Shown here: in pieces, positions 10,285 through 20,585 of the stretch
Layout: each line of letters starts with the position of its first letter
Position numbering within the stretch: the first letter of the stretch is position 1
NCBI GenBank assembly: GCA_963733055.1
Contig: CAVTBR010000001.1
Location: 1,312,001-1,376,000 of the forward strand
DNA length: 64,000 nt
Source: Candidatus Bathyarchaeota archaeon
Lineage (GTDB): Archaea; Thermoproteota; Bathyarchaeia; 40CM-2-53-6
Direction: 5' to 3'
Notes under the pieces: generated by a model
The model's input: the letters and a program-made list of their open reading frames with translations, nothing else
Database searches by the model: none
Told to the model about the DNA's origin: nothing
Program-made: the position numbers and the translations under genes

Positions 10285-11025
10285 ATGCAACGGTGGGTTC
10301 GCAACCTCCTGATCCTGTTGGTGGTGGTTTTCCCAATCGTTTTCATCCTAACGAATTACCTTGAAGACCTCACTGAAACCGGGAATCAGCCTCGTGCGTT
10401 GGAAGGTCTCATTCCTCTGCTCACAAACCTCCCAACCCACATAATCCAACTCGCCTCAACCGCAGGCTACCTGGGAATCTTCTCCCTGATGCTGCTTGAA
10501 GCAGCTGCGTTTCCAGTCCCCAGCGAAATCATTCTCCCCCTCGCGGGTTACCTCGTCTCACGTGGACTCTTGCAGTTCTGGCCCGTAATCCTCTATAGCA
10601 CCGTTGCCGCGCTCATAGGCTCATTCATCGACTACTACGTTGGATTGAGGCTTGGAAGCCCGCTAATCACGGGGCAGGTGAAGATCCCCTACCTCCGACC
10701 TCTACACCTTCAGAGGGTACAGAAGTGGTTTGACCTTTATGGGCCCCTAGCGGTGGCGGGACTTCGGGTCGTTCCAGGGGCCCGGGTCTTGATCTCCTTT
10801 CCTGCGGGAGCCTACCGCATGAATAAATGGAAATTCCTACTCTGCACCCTCATCGGATGCTTGCCTTGGAACATTACCCTAGTCTACTTGGGTTGGTTGC
10901 TGGGGTCGTCTTGGGAGGCGATCGTTGCAACCTTCACCTACATCAACATAGCCGTCTTCGGCGCGATCATACTGCTAGCCGCGTGGCTCTTATGGCGAGC
11001 TAGCCAAAAGAAACATGTGAGCTAG
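10285..11025 (+). CDS. DedA family membrane protein
   Basis: LMLLEAAAFPVPSEIILPLAG, R.VPG.R.LISFPAG motifs. Confidence 0.9.
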   Translation: MQRWVRNLLILLVVVFPIVFILTNYLEDLTETGNQPRALEGLIPLLTNLPTHIIQLASTAGYLGIFSLMLLEAAAFPVPSEIILPLAGYLVSRGLLQFWPVILYSTVAALIGSFIDYYVGLRLGSPLITGQVKIPYLRPLHLQRVQKWFDLYGPLAVAGLRVVPGARVLISFPAGAYRMNKWKFLLCTLIGCLPWNITLVYLGWLLGSSWEAIVATFTYINIAVFGAIILLAAWLLWRASQKKHVS

Positions 11026-11396
11026 GTCTTCCTGAACGCTCTGTGAAGTTCCTCGACGTGTCGCCTGGTGACCCAGTCTTTATGGTGCCTAAAGCCGCCG
11101 CCAAAACTCTTCGGTATGTGTAAGAGTTCATGGATCAAGGTTTTCTCCTTCTCATCGTATGGGAGGCGATCGTACTGCTCAGCCAAGACTTCAACCGCAT
11201 AATACGCTGGCTCGCTCAGCGCCTGCTGCCAAATCTTTGGCAGGGAGTGGACGCGGGCTATGGTGTTGGTCGCCTTCGACCCATAACTTCGGTAACAATA
11301 AACCCGATTCCTCGGAACATGCGTGAACTCCAACTTGTCAACAATCTTCAGCAGGAGTTCGGAAACGTCCGGAGCACGCTCGTAATGAAATCCCAT
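11022..11396 (-). CDS. Putative metallopeptidase (HExxH)
   Basis: KTLIHELLHIPKSFGGGFRHH. Confidence 0.8.
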   Translation of the reverse strand: MGFHYERAPDVSELLLKIVDKLEFTHVPRNRVYCYRSYGSKATNTIARVHSLPKIWQQALSEPAYYAVEVLAEQYDRLPYDEKEKTLIHELLHIPKSFGGGFRHHKDWVTRRHVEELHRAFRKT

Positions 11397-11513
11397 AGAA
11401 CCAGCAGTGGACTCGGGGTCTAAAATAGGATTCCCCAACAACGAATGAATTCTCTTAACAAGCGTGCGATGGCGTTACAATCATGGAGAAGTAAACGGGT
11501 TTACAAGAATTGC

Positions 11514-12116
11514 CTAGCCGGTTACGGGTCCGTTCGCCTCAAGCCGATTACGGATCTCCGCCACCAACGCCTTGACGCTCGATAGCTGGATCTGGTCGAG
11601 TTTCTGGAGAATATCCTCAACAATCAATGCCTGCCGCACATTCACGTTTCCTAAGAGGTACTCCTCGTATGCCCAGAGGAGTGCTTCAATCTTATCCGAC
11701 GCCTTCAAAATAATCGCCTCCATGGAACCCGTATCCCTGACCGCCTTCCGCAATTTCACATACTCTCCAACCACACCCTGCGGTAACCCCCCAAGCAACT
11801 TACCAAACCACTCCAATCCTCGCGAGTCCAATATTTCCGCGAAGGCGCTATCCTCATGTTTGAACCGGTGATGAATATCACCTGTCCTCGCCTCCTCCGC
11901 ATCGTGCAGTAACGCCATCCTCAACAACCGCTCACAATCAACATCCACACCCTGCCCCCGTTCCAAATCGGCGAGGACCATGGCGTACAGGGCGGTGTAG
12001 TAGGAGTGCTGCGCAACATCCTCGCGAAAATGACATTTGTACACGCTAAACCGACCAACAGTCATAAGCGATCTGATACTCAACAGAAAATCCAAGACGC
12101 CTGTTTCTTTCAACAA
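11514..12116 (-). CDS. HD-domain 5'-deoxynucleotidase (YfbR-like)
   Basis: EDVAQHSY, ALLHDAEEARTGDI, ASDKIE. Confidence 0.85.
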   Translation of the reverse strand: MLKETGVLDFLLSIRSLMTVGRFSVYKCHFREDVAQHSYYTALYAMVLADLERGQGVDVDCERLLRMALLHDAEEARTGDIHHRFKHEDSAFAEILDSRGLEWFGKLLGGLPQGVVGEYVKLRKAVRDTGSMEAIILKASDKIEALLWAYEEYLLGNVNVRQALIVEDILQKLDQIQLSSVKALVAEIRNRLEANGPVTG

Positions 12117-12219
12117 TCCTCAGCTCATGAAGACACGCTTGAGATAATGTAGCTTTCTGAAGTCACCCCGAATTTTGGTACCATGGAGATTCTTGAAGAA
12201 TCTGTACATGTTCATTGCG

Positions 12220-13623
12220 TCATTTTGTTCGGATTAGGAGGTAAAGATCTCCGACGTTGGTTCCGGTTGGTCCCGTGCGGATACTGTCGTTTAGTTTTCT
12301 GAAGAAATTGTAGGAATCGTTTCTTTCCGCGAAGTCGTGCACACGGAGATGTCGTAGGTTCGCGCGTACAATGGTTTGGGGGTCTGCGATTGCGCCTGCT
12401 GCTGGGCTGCTTCCGTCAACTCCATCCGTTCCGAGGGCGGCTACCGCGACTCCATTCAAACCTTCGATCCCTTCTACCGATGAGAGGACCAGTTCCTGAT
12501 TTCTTCCTCCTTTGCCGTTTCCTTTCACCTCAACTGTCGTCTCGCCGCCTACGACGAGTGCATTGAGGGCCTTGAGTGGTTGGTGGAATTGTTCGCTATC
12601 CCTGGCGACCGACGCTAGTAAACTTCCTAGGCTTCTCGCTTCCATGTCGGCTAAAGATGTCAGGATCGTGGCTGGAACGTGCTTTGTTCGGAGAGCCATT
12701 CTCGCGGCTTCGCACGCGGTCCGGTTGTCCGCTACAACGAAGTTGTGTACTTTCCTGAAAATGGGATTACCTGCCTTCGGAGTTTCAGGGATTCCTCCCG
12801 TTAACCCTCGGCGCAAGTGGTTCCTTACCCTTTGTGGGGCTGAGTTCCACAGATTGAACTCTTCCAACACGCGGACGGCGTCTTGGAAGGTCGTTGGGTC
12901 GGTTGCGGTCATTCCAGATGCGATGTCTGAGAGGACATTGCCTGAGACGTCGGAGATGATTAGTGAGATTATCGTTCCTGCTTTGCAATGCTCTGCGAGT
13001 CTTCCGCCTTTGAGTTCTGACAAATGCCTTCGCACGGTGTTGATCTGATGAATGGACGCTCGGCTGTGAATCAATTGCCGTGTAATCGTTCGTTTGTCCT
13101 CGAGGGTGATATCCGCCGGCGGTGCAGGCAGCATGGCCGAAGCGCCGCCGGAGATCAAACACAGCAACACTTCATTTGCTCGCATCGCGGTGATCGTTGC
13201 TAAGACGCGCCTCGAAGCTCTAACTCCTTCTTGGTTCGGTGTGGGATGGTTTGGGTGGAATGTTGCGATTCGCTTGTCGTTGATCTTCAAGTCTGAATTT
13301 CTAGGTGAGGCGAGAATTCCGGAGACGACATGTCCACCTAGAATCCGCAACGAAGTCTTCAACATTGGCGCGCTTGCTTTGCCAACCGCGATTACTCGAA
13401 TCTTAGAATTAACCGGCGTTTGAACGTTGCCAATGTGAACCCTCCCGCTCTCTATGCGAAGCCACTTTTCCACGGCCCTCGCCGGATCGGTAGCCCGCAG
13501 CGCCGCCTCAAACGCTTCTAGGCAGAGTCTCCTCGCCCGCTGGTTTGCAGGCGAACCTCCATTTCGAATCAACACTCCTCTACGAGCAATTCGAGGCATG
13601 TGCAACGGCATTCTACCTATCAA
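12220..13623 (-). CDS. Glycerate 2-kinase (MOFRL family)
   Basis: AVGKAS, LISGGASA, NTVRRHLSELKGG, GGETTV, GGRNQE, GTDGVDG, TGPTGTNVGD. Confidence 0.92.
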   Translation of the reverse strand: MIGRMPLHMPRIARRGVLIRNGGSPANQRARRLCLEAFEAALRATDPARAVEKWLRIESGRVHIGNVQTPVNSKIRVIAVGKASAPMLKTSLRILGGHVVSGILASPRNSDLKINDKRIATFHPNHPTPNQEGVRASRRVLATITAMRANEVLLCLISGGASAMLPAPPADITLEDKRTITRQLIHSRASIHQINTVRRHLSELKGGRLAEHCKAGTIISLIISDVSGNVLSDIASGMTATDPTTFQDAVRVLEEFNLWNSAPQRVRNHLRRGLTGGIPETPKAGNPIFRKVHNFVVADNRTACEAARMALRTKHVPATILTSLADMEARSLGSLLASVARDSEQFHQPLKALNALVVGGETTVEVKGNGKGGRNQELVLSSVEGIEGLNGVAVAALGTDGVDGSSPAAGAIADPQTIVRANLRHLRVHDFAERNDSYNFFRKLNDSIRTGPTGTNVGDLYLLIRTK

Positions 13624-13811
13624 GTGGAAACATTTGATCCACTATACTAAAACTTCTAATTATCTCAACGATGATTGACATTTTCGTTTGGCTTAATCGC
13701 GAAATCCACATCGACGTAGACCTATCGAGTTCCGACTATGCCTTTTATACGTGTACATGCGAGCCAAACAGCCATTCAGGTTTCTGTTACCAAATTGCGG
13801 GGCAATGATAA

Positions 13812-16800
13812 TTGAGCAAGAAATTAGCTGCAACCCTAACGATCGCAATCTTTCTAATCAGTACATTCGTGATCATAATCCCGACCCAAGCGCACTTCAC
13901 CTTGGGCAACCTGTCCGGAACGAACCCGTACGACATTAACAATTTCGATGCACATGTTGCTGGGCCTATTGGTTATGTTTGGCCTGGTAGCGGTCAATGT
14001 GCGTATCAGGGTATGCCGAACACGGTGAGCGCAAGTTGCTCACCAGGTTATCAGTCACCTTACCCGCAGGGTAATCCGCCGGGTGCACCGAGCAACTCTT
14101 GGTACCAGCTCCAAGGCGACACTTACGCGCCGTTCGGTGCGGTGCTGACGAATTCGACGGGCGATTTAATCTTTGGACTGAACGCCACATGCGCCTCTCG
14201 CTCTCTCCACCCCAATCAACATCCGGCCGTAGTATCTCTTTGGGATAATCCATCCGCTTGTGCGACGCAGGACGGTACCCGCCCGAGCGACGGAGTGACG
14301 AAGTCGGAAATCCAGACACCGCTCCTTGGCGTGGGTTGGATTACGTGGATGATCCTGATCCCGCCTGAATTCACTGTGCCGGGCGCGGCAACCTTCGATA
14401 GTTCACAAATCGTTTCGACGCTAACGAACAGTTATGACCATGTCTACGTTGCTAAGCTCAGTCCGTACGACAGGTACGCGCCAAACTGGACCCTGGTCGC
14501 GATAACCGCAGACGATAACGCTCAATTCACGCACTCTGGGGGGGTCTACAACCATCAGCTCGTCCAGTTCACAAGGGCGGGCGAATGGTATTACGTCAGA
14601 ATCAACGGCGTAACCGCGCCATCCGTCGCGGGACGGTACTTCTTCAAAATGGCCCTTTCCGGCCAAATTTTCATCCGCTACGCTTCCCTCTTTGGCCAGA
14701 ATATTTTCGGCGTCGGCCCAACCCTTGCTGGCCCCCAACCCTCTACGATATTGAATCCATTCGTTTGGGTTCCACCACAAAACTGGCCAGTCATGTTGGT
14801 GAAGGGTGAGACCGATCCGGCTATCATTACCGGGACTCTCCGGTATGCGGGCTACAACTCAACCTTATACCAAACACCGATCGCTGAGGCTGGTAAGGTT
14901 TGGGCGCACATGACTATGCGCATCGACCCCTACACGGGTCAGAACAGACCGGACCTAGGCACGATCGACAGCCAAGCATTCGTGAACGCAACCGCGAACG
15001 GCCACTATGAATTAGAAGGCCTCGCGCCAGGCGTTTACGACATCTACGCTGAAGCTGCTGGTTATCCTCAGGTGTTGTGCAATAGTGGAGTAACCGTCCT
15101 GAAGGGTCAATCCCTTCACTTCGATTGCTTCCTACAACCAGGGCCCGTGGTTCACGGTAACGTGTTCACGAAGCACCAGTTCGGTGACGAACCCTGGCCA
15201 GGAAATTCCACCTCAGGCCAATACATGAAGATCGAGTTGTACAGCAACGCAACACTCAGCAACCAAGTCGATCCAAGCGCTGGTCCACCAGTCTCATGGT
15301 CTCCGTTGCCCTGTACCGCGGGAGGCCAGGAAGATTACTACGGCGAAGGCGCTGCTGGGTTGTGCGGTGACCCACGCGATGGGAGCGCGATTGCGTTTCC
15401 ATGGCATGAGTACAGCACAGTCAACGGCGCAGCCTACGGTGACGTGCCGAACCCCTTCACGGGTGCAACGAATGGTTACACGCGTGATGTATCCCAGAGC
15501 AGTTTCTTCGGAAACACGGTTCTGACCTCCGATCCTGAAGGTGTTGGTCCGCCACAACAATGGTTTGTGAGTGGTGGTACTACGACTCCGTTCCATTTTG
15601 AGATGGGTTTGAAGGGTGAGTACGGTGCTCCAAGAGACCTGAGCGGCGAGGTGCCGCAGGTTTACGCTACTTGGATCAACGGGCTTACCGCGGGCCGCTA
15701 TTACGTGCGTGCCTGGACCTTCCGTTACGTTCAAACCGCTCTGGACGGTTCCACCTTCCAGGAATACTACTTTGACGTAACACCTAACGAGTGGGCAGGA
15801 GACGTTACCCTACCAATCGACATACGCTTGAGCAGCTGGGTGAACAAGACCGTCTACTTCCACGACACACCCAACACAATCGTAACAAGCCCAATCCACA
15901 CCGTCTCAGGCTACCTATGGGGTAATCTGGTGGGTGCTGACGGGCACATATACGCGTCCAACGTTACAGGGCTCGGCTACAACAGCAACTACTACTACAG
16001 TCAAGGCTTCGGTCCTGGATCGTCCAACGGATGCGATTCGTACGACCAGTTTGCTTTCTCAGCGGTTGCATCCAACACAGGTACATTCTCGAGCTATGGG
16101 CCTTTCTTAGGGTCCGGTGAGGACGGCGCCCCAAGCCAATCCTGCGTTCCAACCGGCCCTGGAGGATTCTTCAGTGCCTTGGACAAAGCTGGTTTGAATA
16201 GGGATTCTATTGCTTCGGGTCGTGCGGCGATTCAGTTCTGGGGTATTAACGATACTTGGGGTGGGGAGAATTACGGTATCCCCTCGGGTACGTACACTCC
16301 GAACGTCGCTGCGAACGGCTACTACAGCCCACCCCCGCTAGAACAGGTATCAGTCACCCTTAGCGGTAATCCAACTGCCATCAGTGACCACCTATTCCTC
16401 GGCCCAGGCTTCAACGTATCAGTGTACAGCATCGACTGGGAACGACCACGCGTCAGCCGTAACTGGGTATGGTCCGGATGCCAAACCGCGCCAGATGCCA
16501 TTTTCGCTGACACTTGCGTTGGTTCCGAGATTGACGTCGGGTTCTACCCCGTAACCAACAGCACAGGAGGTGCCTTAGCCGATTACTTCGGCTTCGAACC
16601 ATCCGAACTACCCGTCAGCATTCCAGTACACCATCCCGACTATGGCGGTCTCTTCCAGGGGCCGGGAGGAGTCGACTGCCTCACGGGCACGTCACCCTCC
16701 TTCAACTGCGCTGAGATGGATGGCGGGGGACGTGACGTCCTTCAAGGGTTCTCTAATTCGCATGATGTTTACTACGGACAATCAGCAGAGTACGCTTTCG

Positions 16801-18275
16801 TGGGCGGCTACACACTCGGAGCAGGCTACTTCGGCTTCCTTATTGCACCAAAGCTCCTGACTGATTACATGTTCACAACCCCATACCTCACGTGGCCGCT
16901 TCACTTCAAGGAAGGCCAGTACAACTTGGCAGCCTACACGTACGGCTACATCCAGGACAAAGAGTTCACAGTCTTTGTTCAGAACGGGCAGGTTGCGGAC
17001 ATGAAGATCAACCTGATTATCGGTGTGAACGTGACGCTAGATATTCTCTTCAAGAAAGAGAGCATCATCACACCGACAACGATGAACATGTCTGCACGTG
17101 TCCGCCTATTCAACGATCAAGGGCAGCTCGTGGCTGAATGGATGTCGAGCGAAGGCACGTTCGTGGACCGGACGGGCCATGCGATCGCAGCAAACGGCGT
17201 ACTACCTGCAACCGGTGGAATAGACGCGGTTGGCACGGGCGTCAATCCGCTCTACCCATTTGCTGACAACACTGATCCATTTGCCGGTTTCTTCCAGACG
17301 CCAGCATCTGGCCTGATCAGCTACAACTTTTTGCCGGGTGGAACGACACTTCTTCATGTTCTGATGGCTGGCCTCCCACAACATCCACCGCTTGGCAACA
17401 GCGTTGTTTTCGGATCGTATTTCGCCGACCCATTAATGAGCGGATGGCCAGAACGAGTGAAACCCTCCCCATTGAAGAACTTGCTTGGGGCTTGCGACTT
17501 CGACCTTAGCTGCTATCCCGCCCCGTACGGGCAGTACCCGTTCCCCTACAGTGGTATTGCGGGTGGACCCGACTATACCGGTGGTTGGACAGCTGAAGCC
17601 GACTTCGTTCCATGGTACGCCAACAACACTAGCACGATGGAGGCTGCGAGCGGCGGCGGACAAGCACCAACGCAGGACAGCACCTTCGCACAATACTATC
17701 CACCCGTCAACGGACTACTAATGGGTGAATCTTACCACATAATCCCGGGAACCACGGCCACATCAGGCATCAGCCTAACCGAAGACACAGCCTTGAACAG
17801 CAACTTCGTCGGCCACACGATGGCCCCGAACCACCTAGGCCCATATTCACAGGAAGGTGTCTGGCAGATTGCCGGCGCACACAACACCGGTGAGGCAAGT
17901 GCAATCTTTGAAGTTGACCTCAACGGTTTCGTTAGTGGGAACGTTCTTGCGTTCACGTGGAGTAATGAGTTCCGCACTCTCAGCTGGGGCACGGTCAGCG
18001 TGACTGGGGCTTCGGGTGCGTCGTGGAACTTCTACACGTATGATGGGGTTTACCAGGCGTTCCTGCCCACGGGCAACTACAAGTTCAGCATAAGCCAACC
18101 AGGATATGCGCCTCAAACTTGGTCCGTCGCGGTCTCACCAGGCCAATCCGGATCGGGTCAGAACGTGTACCTGGAGCAGAGTAACATCCCTGTACCTGAA
18201 TTCAGCGCGGTTGCGGTTGTCGCGTTCTCGGCGTTAGCAGCATCACTATACCTGCTCAAACGAAAACGCAGTTAA
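13812..18275 (+). CDS. Large (1487 aa) secreted surface protein with carboxypeptidase-regulatory-like domains and PEF-CTERM tail
   Basis: Signal peptide ending TQA; GHYELEGLAPGVYDIYAEAAGY and LPTGNYKFSISQPGY segments; many N-x-S/T sequons; IPVPEFS-TM-KRKRS. Confidence 0.85.
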   Translation: MSKKLAATLTIAIFLISTFVIIIPTQAHFTLGNLSGTNPYDINNFDAHVAGPIGYVWPGSGQCAYQGMPNTVSASCSPGYQSPYPQGNPPGAPSNSWYQLQGDTYAPFGAVLTNSTGDLIFGLNATCASRSLHPNQHPAVVSLWDNPSACATQDGTRPSDGVTKSEIQTPLLGVGWITWMILIPPEFTVPGAATFDSSQIVSTLTNSYDHVYVAKLSPYDRYAPNWTLVAITADDNAQFTHSGGVYNHQLVQFTRAGEWYYVRINGVTAPSVAGRYFFKMALSGQIFIRYASLFGQNIFGVGPTLAGPQPSTILNPFVWVPPQNWPVMLVKGETDPAIITGTLRYAGYNSTLYQTPIAEAGKVWAHMTMRIDPYTGQNRPDLGTIDSQAFVNATANGHYELEGLAPGVYDIYAEAAGYPQVLCNSGVTVLKGQSLHFDCFLQPGPVVHGNVFTKHQFGDEPWPGNSTSGQYMKIELYSNATLSNQVDPSAGPPVSWSPLPCTAGGQEDYYGEGAAGLCGDPRDGSAIAFPWHEYSTVNGAAYGDVPNPFTGATNGYTRDVSQSSFFGNTVLTSDPEGVGPPQQWFVSGGTTTPFHFEMGLKGEYGAPRDLSGEVPQVYATWINGLTAGRYYVRAWTFRYVQTALDGSTFQEYYFDVTPNEWAGDVTLPIDIRLSSWVNKTVYFHDTPNTIVTSPIHTVSGYLWGNLVGADGHIYASNVTGLGYNSNYYYSQGFGPGSSNGCDSYDQFAFSAVASNTGTFSSYGPFLGSGEDGAPSQSCVPTGPGGFFSALDKAGLNRDSIASGRAAIQFWGINDTWGGENYGIPSGTYTPNVAANGYYSPPPLEQVSVTLSGNPTAISDHLFLGPGFNVSVYSIDWERPRVSRNWVWSGCQTAPDAIFADTCVGSEIDVGFYPVTNSTGGALADYFGFEPSELPVSIPVHHPDYGGLFQGPGGVDCLTGTSPSFNCAEMDGGGRDVLQGFSNSHDVYYGQSAEYAFVGGYTLGAGYFGFLIAPKLLTDYMFTTPYLTWPLHFKEGQYNLAAYTYGYIQDKEFTVFVQNGQVADMKINLIIGVNVTLDILFKKESIITPTTMNMSARVRLFNDQGQLVAEWMSSEGTFVDRTGHAIAANGVLPATGGIDAVGTGVNPLYPFADNTDPFAGFFQTPASGLISYNFLPGGTTLLHVLMAGLPQHPPLGNSVVFGSYFADPLMSGWPERVKPSPLKNLLGACDFDLSCYPAPYGQYPFPYSGIAGGPDYTGGWTAEADFVPWYANNTSTMEAASGGGQAPTQDSTFAQYYPPVNGLLMGESYHIIPGTTATSGISLTEDTALNSNFVGHTMAPNHLGPYSQEGVWQIAGAHNTGEASAIFEVDLNGFVSGNVLAFTWSNEFRTLSWGTVSVTGASGASWNFYTYDGVYQAFLPTGNYKFSISQPGYAPQTWSVAVSPGQSGSGQNVYLEQSNIPVPEFSAVAVVAFSALAASLYLLKRKRS

Positions 18276-18280
18276 ACGAA

Positions 18281-18301
18281 CGAGCGCCGAAAGGGCGCTC
18301 G
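18281..18301 (+). terminator. GC-rich hairpin after large surface protein gene
   Basis: CGAGCGCC-GAAAG-GGCGCTCG 8-bp stem, 5 nt after the stop; no clear U-tract. Confidence 0.5.
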
Positions 18302-18331
18302 CCCAACACTTCGCGTCTTCGATATTACTGT

Positions 18332-18359
18332 ATGGTGCGGGGAAGGGGATTCTGACCCC
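18332..18359 (-). repeat. att-like direct repeat of tRNA-Leu(TAA) 3' end
   Basis: 18332-18352 ATGGTGCGGGGAAGGGGATTC is identical to 20585-20605; 26/28 identity when extended to 18359. Confidence 0.9.
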
Positions 18360-18380
18360 AATTTACTGGTACGGATAACC

Positions 18381-18422
18381 CGGTTCAAATTTGATTGCCC
18401 GCACCACTAGACCCACACACAC
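18381..18422 (+). repeat. Inverted repeat (left copy) resembling a tRNA T-loop and CCA end
   Basis: CGGTTCAAATTTGATTGCCCGCACCACTAGACCCACACACAC matches the reverse complement of 20494-20535 at 34/42. Confidence 0.8.
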
Positions 18423-18463
18423 GAAAAATCTAGTTACATAGTCACACTAGCATTCTCTGTCTG

Positions 18464-19375
18464 TCACGAATTTATTATGCGATTTATGACCTTTCTCTTG
18501 AATTCCCCACGTCTTGTGTTGTCCGGTAAGGCTTGCTCAATTATGGAGCTGTAAAATCGCATGAACTTGTAACCGAAGCACTTCTTGATGCCTATAAGTT
18601 CACTTTTGGTGCCCATAAGTTCAGTCCTAAGCGCATCTCTCTCCTTCTCCAACTCGAAGTAAAGGTCCGTGAGCGCCGCGCTTCCACCACAAAGCCTTCG
18701 TCTCACCAGACGCGCATCTTCCAAAACCTCAGCATAACGCTCAACAGTAATCTGATGCCTGTGAATTCTACGCCAATAGGTTACCTTAGGAATATGGAGA
18801 ATATCGCAACCGGTCTTTCCAATAAGTAATGCAAGCTGCATGTCTTCCGCGTATTTTATTGACGTATCCAATCCTTCAGACTGCAAATAGAATTCTTTCC
18901 TGAAAAATAGCTGCGCTGAACCTGGCCACCATCCTGAAATTATAGCCTCAACTAATGTCTTCCCGTAAGGAAGAAACTCATTCGGCCCCTTATCACCAGT
19001 TGAATCAACCCAGTTCGTCCAAACGTAACCGAGACGAGGATTCTCTTCAAATGCCGTCATCACAACAGAAAGCGAATCAGGCATAAGCTTATCGTCACTG
19101 CCTAAACATGTTATTACAGGTCCGCGTGAATGCTCAATGCCCATTGCAGTAGCCGCGGCGCAACCTTCATGCTTCATCTGAACTAACGCGATTCGGTCAT
19201 CTGACATCCTCGACTTGACGACTTCTACTGTTCGATCAATTGAGCCATCGTCAACAACCAAAACATCCCAATCACCATAATCCTGCGCAATCACCGAATC
19301 AATTGCGTCTCCAATGAAACGTTCACGATCGTAAACAGGAATCAGAACGGTAACATGCAAAATGTAACCACCCAC
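18464..19375 (-). CDS. Glycosyltransferase family 2
   Basis: VTVLIPVYDRE..., VVDDGS.D, SDD, EDMQL; C-terminal coiled coil; paralog of the adjacent gene. Confidence 0.92.
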   Translation of the reverse strand: MGGYILHVTVLIPVYDRERFIGDAIDSVIAQDYGDWDVLVVDDGSIDRTVEVVKSRMSDDRIALVQMKHEGCAAATAMGIEHSRGPVITCLGSDDKLMPDSLSVVMTAFEENPRLGYVWTNWVDSTGDKGPNEFLPYGKTLVEAIISGWWPGSAQLFFRKEFYLQSEGLDTSIKYAEDMQLALLIGKTGCDILHIPKVTYWRRIHRHQITVERYAEVLEDARLVRRRLCGGSAALTDLYFELEKERDALRTELMGTKSELIGIKKCFGYKFMRFYSSIIEQALPDNTRRGEFKRKVINRIINS

Positions 19376-19410
19376 GCACGAAAGAATTCTGCCACGTAGT
19401 TACGGTGGTG

Positions 19411-20346
19411 CTACTCTGCTCGGTACGAGTCTCTTATGCAATCCTTGACATTTCTCTTGAGCTTTCCTCGTCTCGTGCCGTCCGGCAGTGCTGCGTCGAT
19501 TATGGGGCCATACAGTTGCATGAGTTTGTAGCCGAAAGATCGCTTGATGCCCACAAGTTCGTTTCTGAGTACATCTCTCTGATTCTTGACACTCATAAGT
19601 TCACTCCTAAGCGCATTTCTCTCCTTCTCCAATTCGACAAAGTAGAGGTCTGTTAGTGCGGCACTCCCCTCGATGAACCTTCGCCTTACCAGATGCAATG
19701 CTTTTACCTGCTCATCATATGAAAGTTCATTTTGAATTCTGTGAGGATGAATTCTACGCCAGTAAGTTATCTTAGGAATATGGAGTGTGTCGCAGCCGGT
19801 CTTGGCGATCAACAAAGCTAGTTGCAAATCCTCACCATATTGGATCGATTTGTCTAATCTTTCGGATTGCATGTAGAAATCTTTTCTGTAGAATCGCTGT
19901 GCTGAACCTTTCCACCATCCTGAGATTAAAGCCTCAACTAATGTCTTCCCGTAAGGAGGAAAATCACTTGTACCCTTATCGCCAGTTGAATCAATCCAGT
20001 TCGTCCAAACGTAACCGAGACGAGGATTATCTTCAAATGATGGCAATACGGCGGAAAGTGAGCCAGGCATTAGCTTATCGTCGCTATCTAAATTTGTCAC
20101 TATAGGTCCGCGTGCATGCTCTATACCCATCGCAGTAGCTGCCGTAATGCCCGAATGCTTCATTTGAAATAGTTGAATCCGATCATCTGACATTCTAGAC
20201 TTGACGACTTCTACTGTTCGATCAGTTGAACCGTCATCGACAACCAACAGGTCCCAATCATAATAATCCTGGCCAATCACCGAGTCAATGGCGTCCCCGA
20301 TGAAATTTTCACGATTGTAAACAGGTATTAGAACAGTAACATGCAA
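19411..20346 (-). CDS. Glycosyltransferase family 2
   Basis: VTVLIPVYNRE, VVDDGSTD, LDSDD, EDLQL; C-terminal coiled coil. Confidence 0.92.
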   Translation of the reverse strand: MHVTVLIPVYNRENFIGDAIDSVIGQDYYDWDLLVVDDGSTDRTVEVVKSRMSDDRIQLFQMKHSGITAATAMGIEHARGPIVTNLDSDDKLMPGSLSAVLPSFEDNPRLGYVWTNWIDSTGDKGTSDFPPYGKTLVEALISGWWKGSAQRFYRKDFYMQSERLDKSIQYGEDLQLALLIAKTGCDTLHIPKITYWRRIHPHRIQNELSYDEQVKALHLVRRRFIEGSAALTDLYFVELEKERNALRSELMSVKNQRDVLRNELVGIKRSFGYKLMQLYGPIIDAALPDGTRRGKLKRNVKDCIRDSYRAE

Positions 20347-20493
20347 AGTGTAACCTCAAACATTGATCTAAACTACATTTATGCCCTTCGGCAACATTAC
20401 GTAAATATCTTCTGGGGGGCCTGGTGGTGCACACACTCAACCACCCCTGCCCACTGTGCGCGTGTCATAAGTTGAAGCGTCGTCATTCTAAAA

Positions 20494-20535
20494 GTGAGTG
20501 TGGGGCTGCTGGTGCGAGGACCCAAATTTGAACCG
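20494..20535 (-). repeat. Inverted repeat (right copy) resembling a tRNA T-loop and CCA end
   Basis: Minus strand CGGTTCAAATTTGGGTCCTCGCACCAGCAGCCCCACACTCAC; partner of 18381-18422. Confidence 0.8.
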
Positions 20536-20585
20536 TCATCGTTCGTCGTAAAAAGCGTGTGTGCGCACCACGGGTACCGGTAAAA

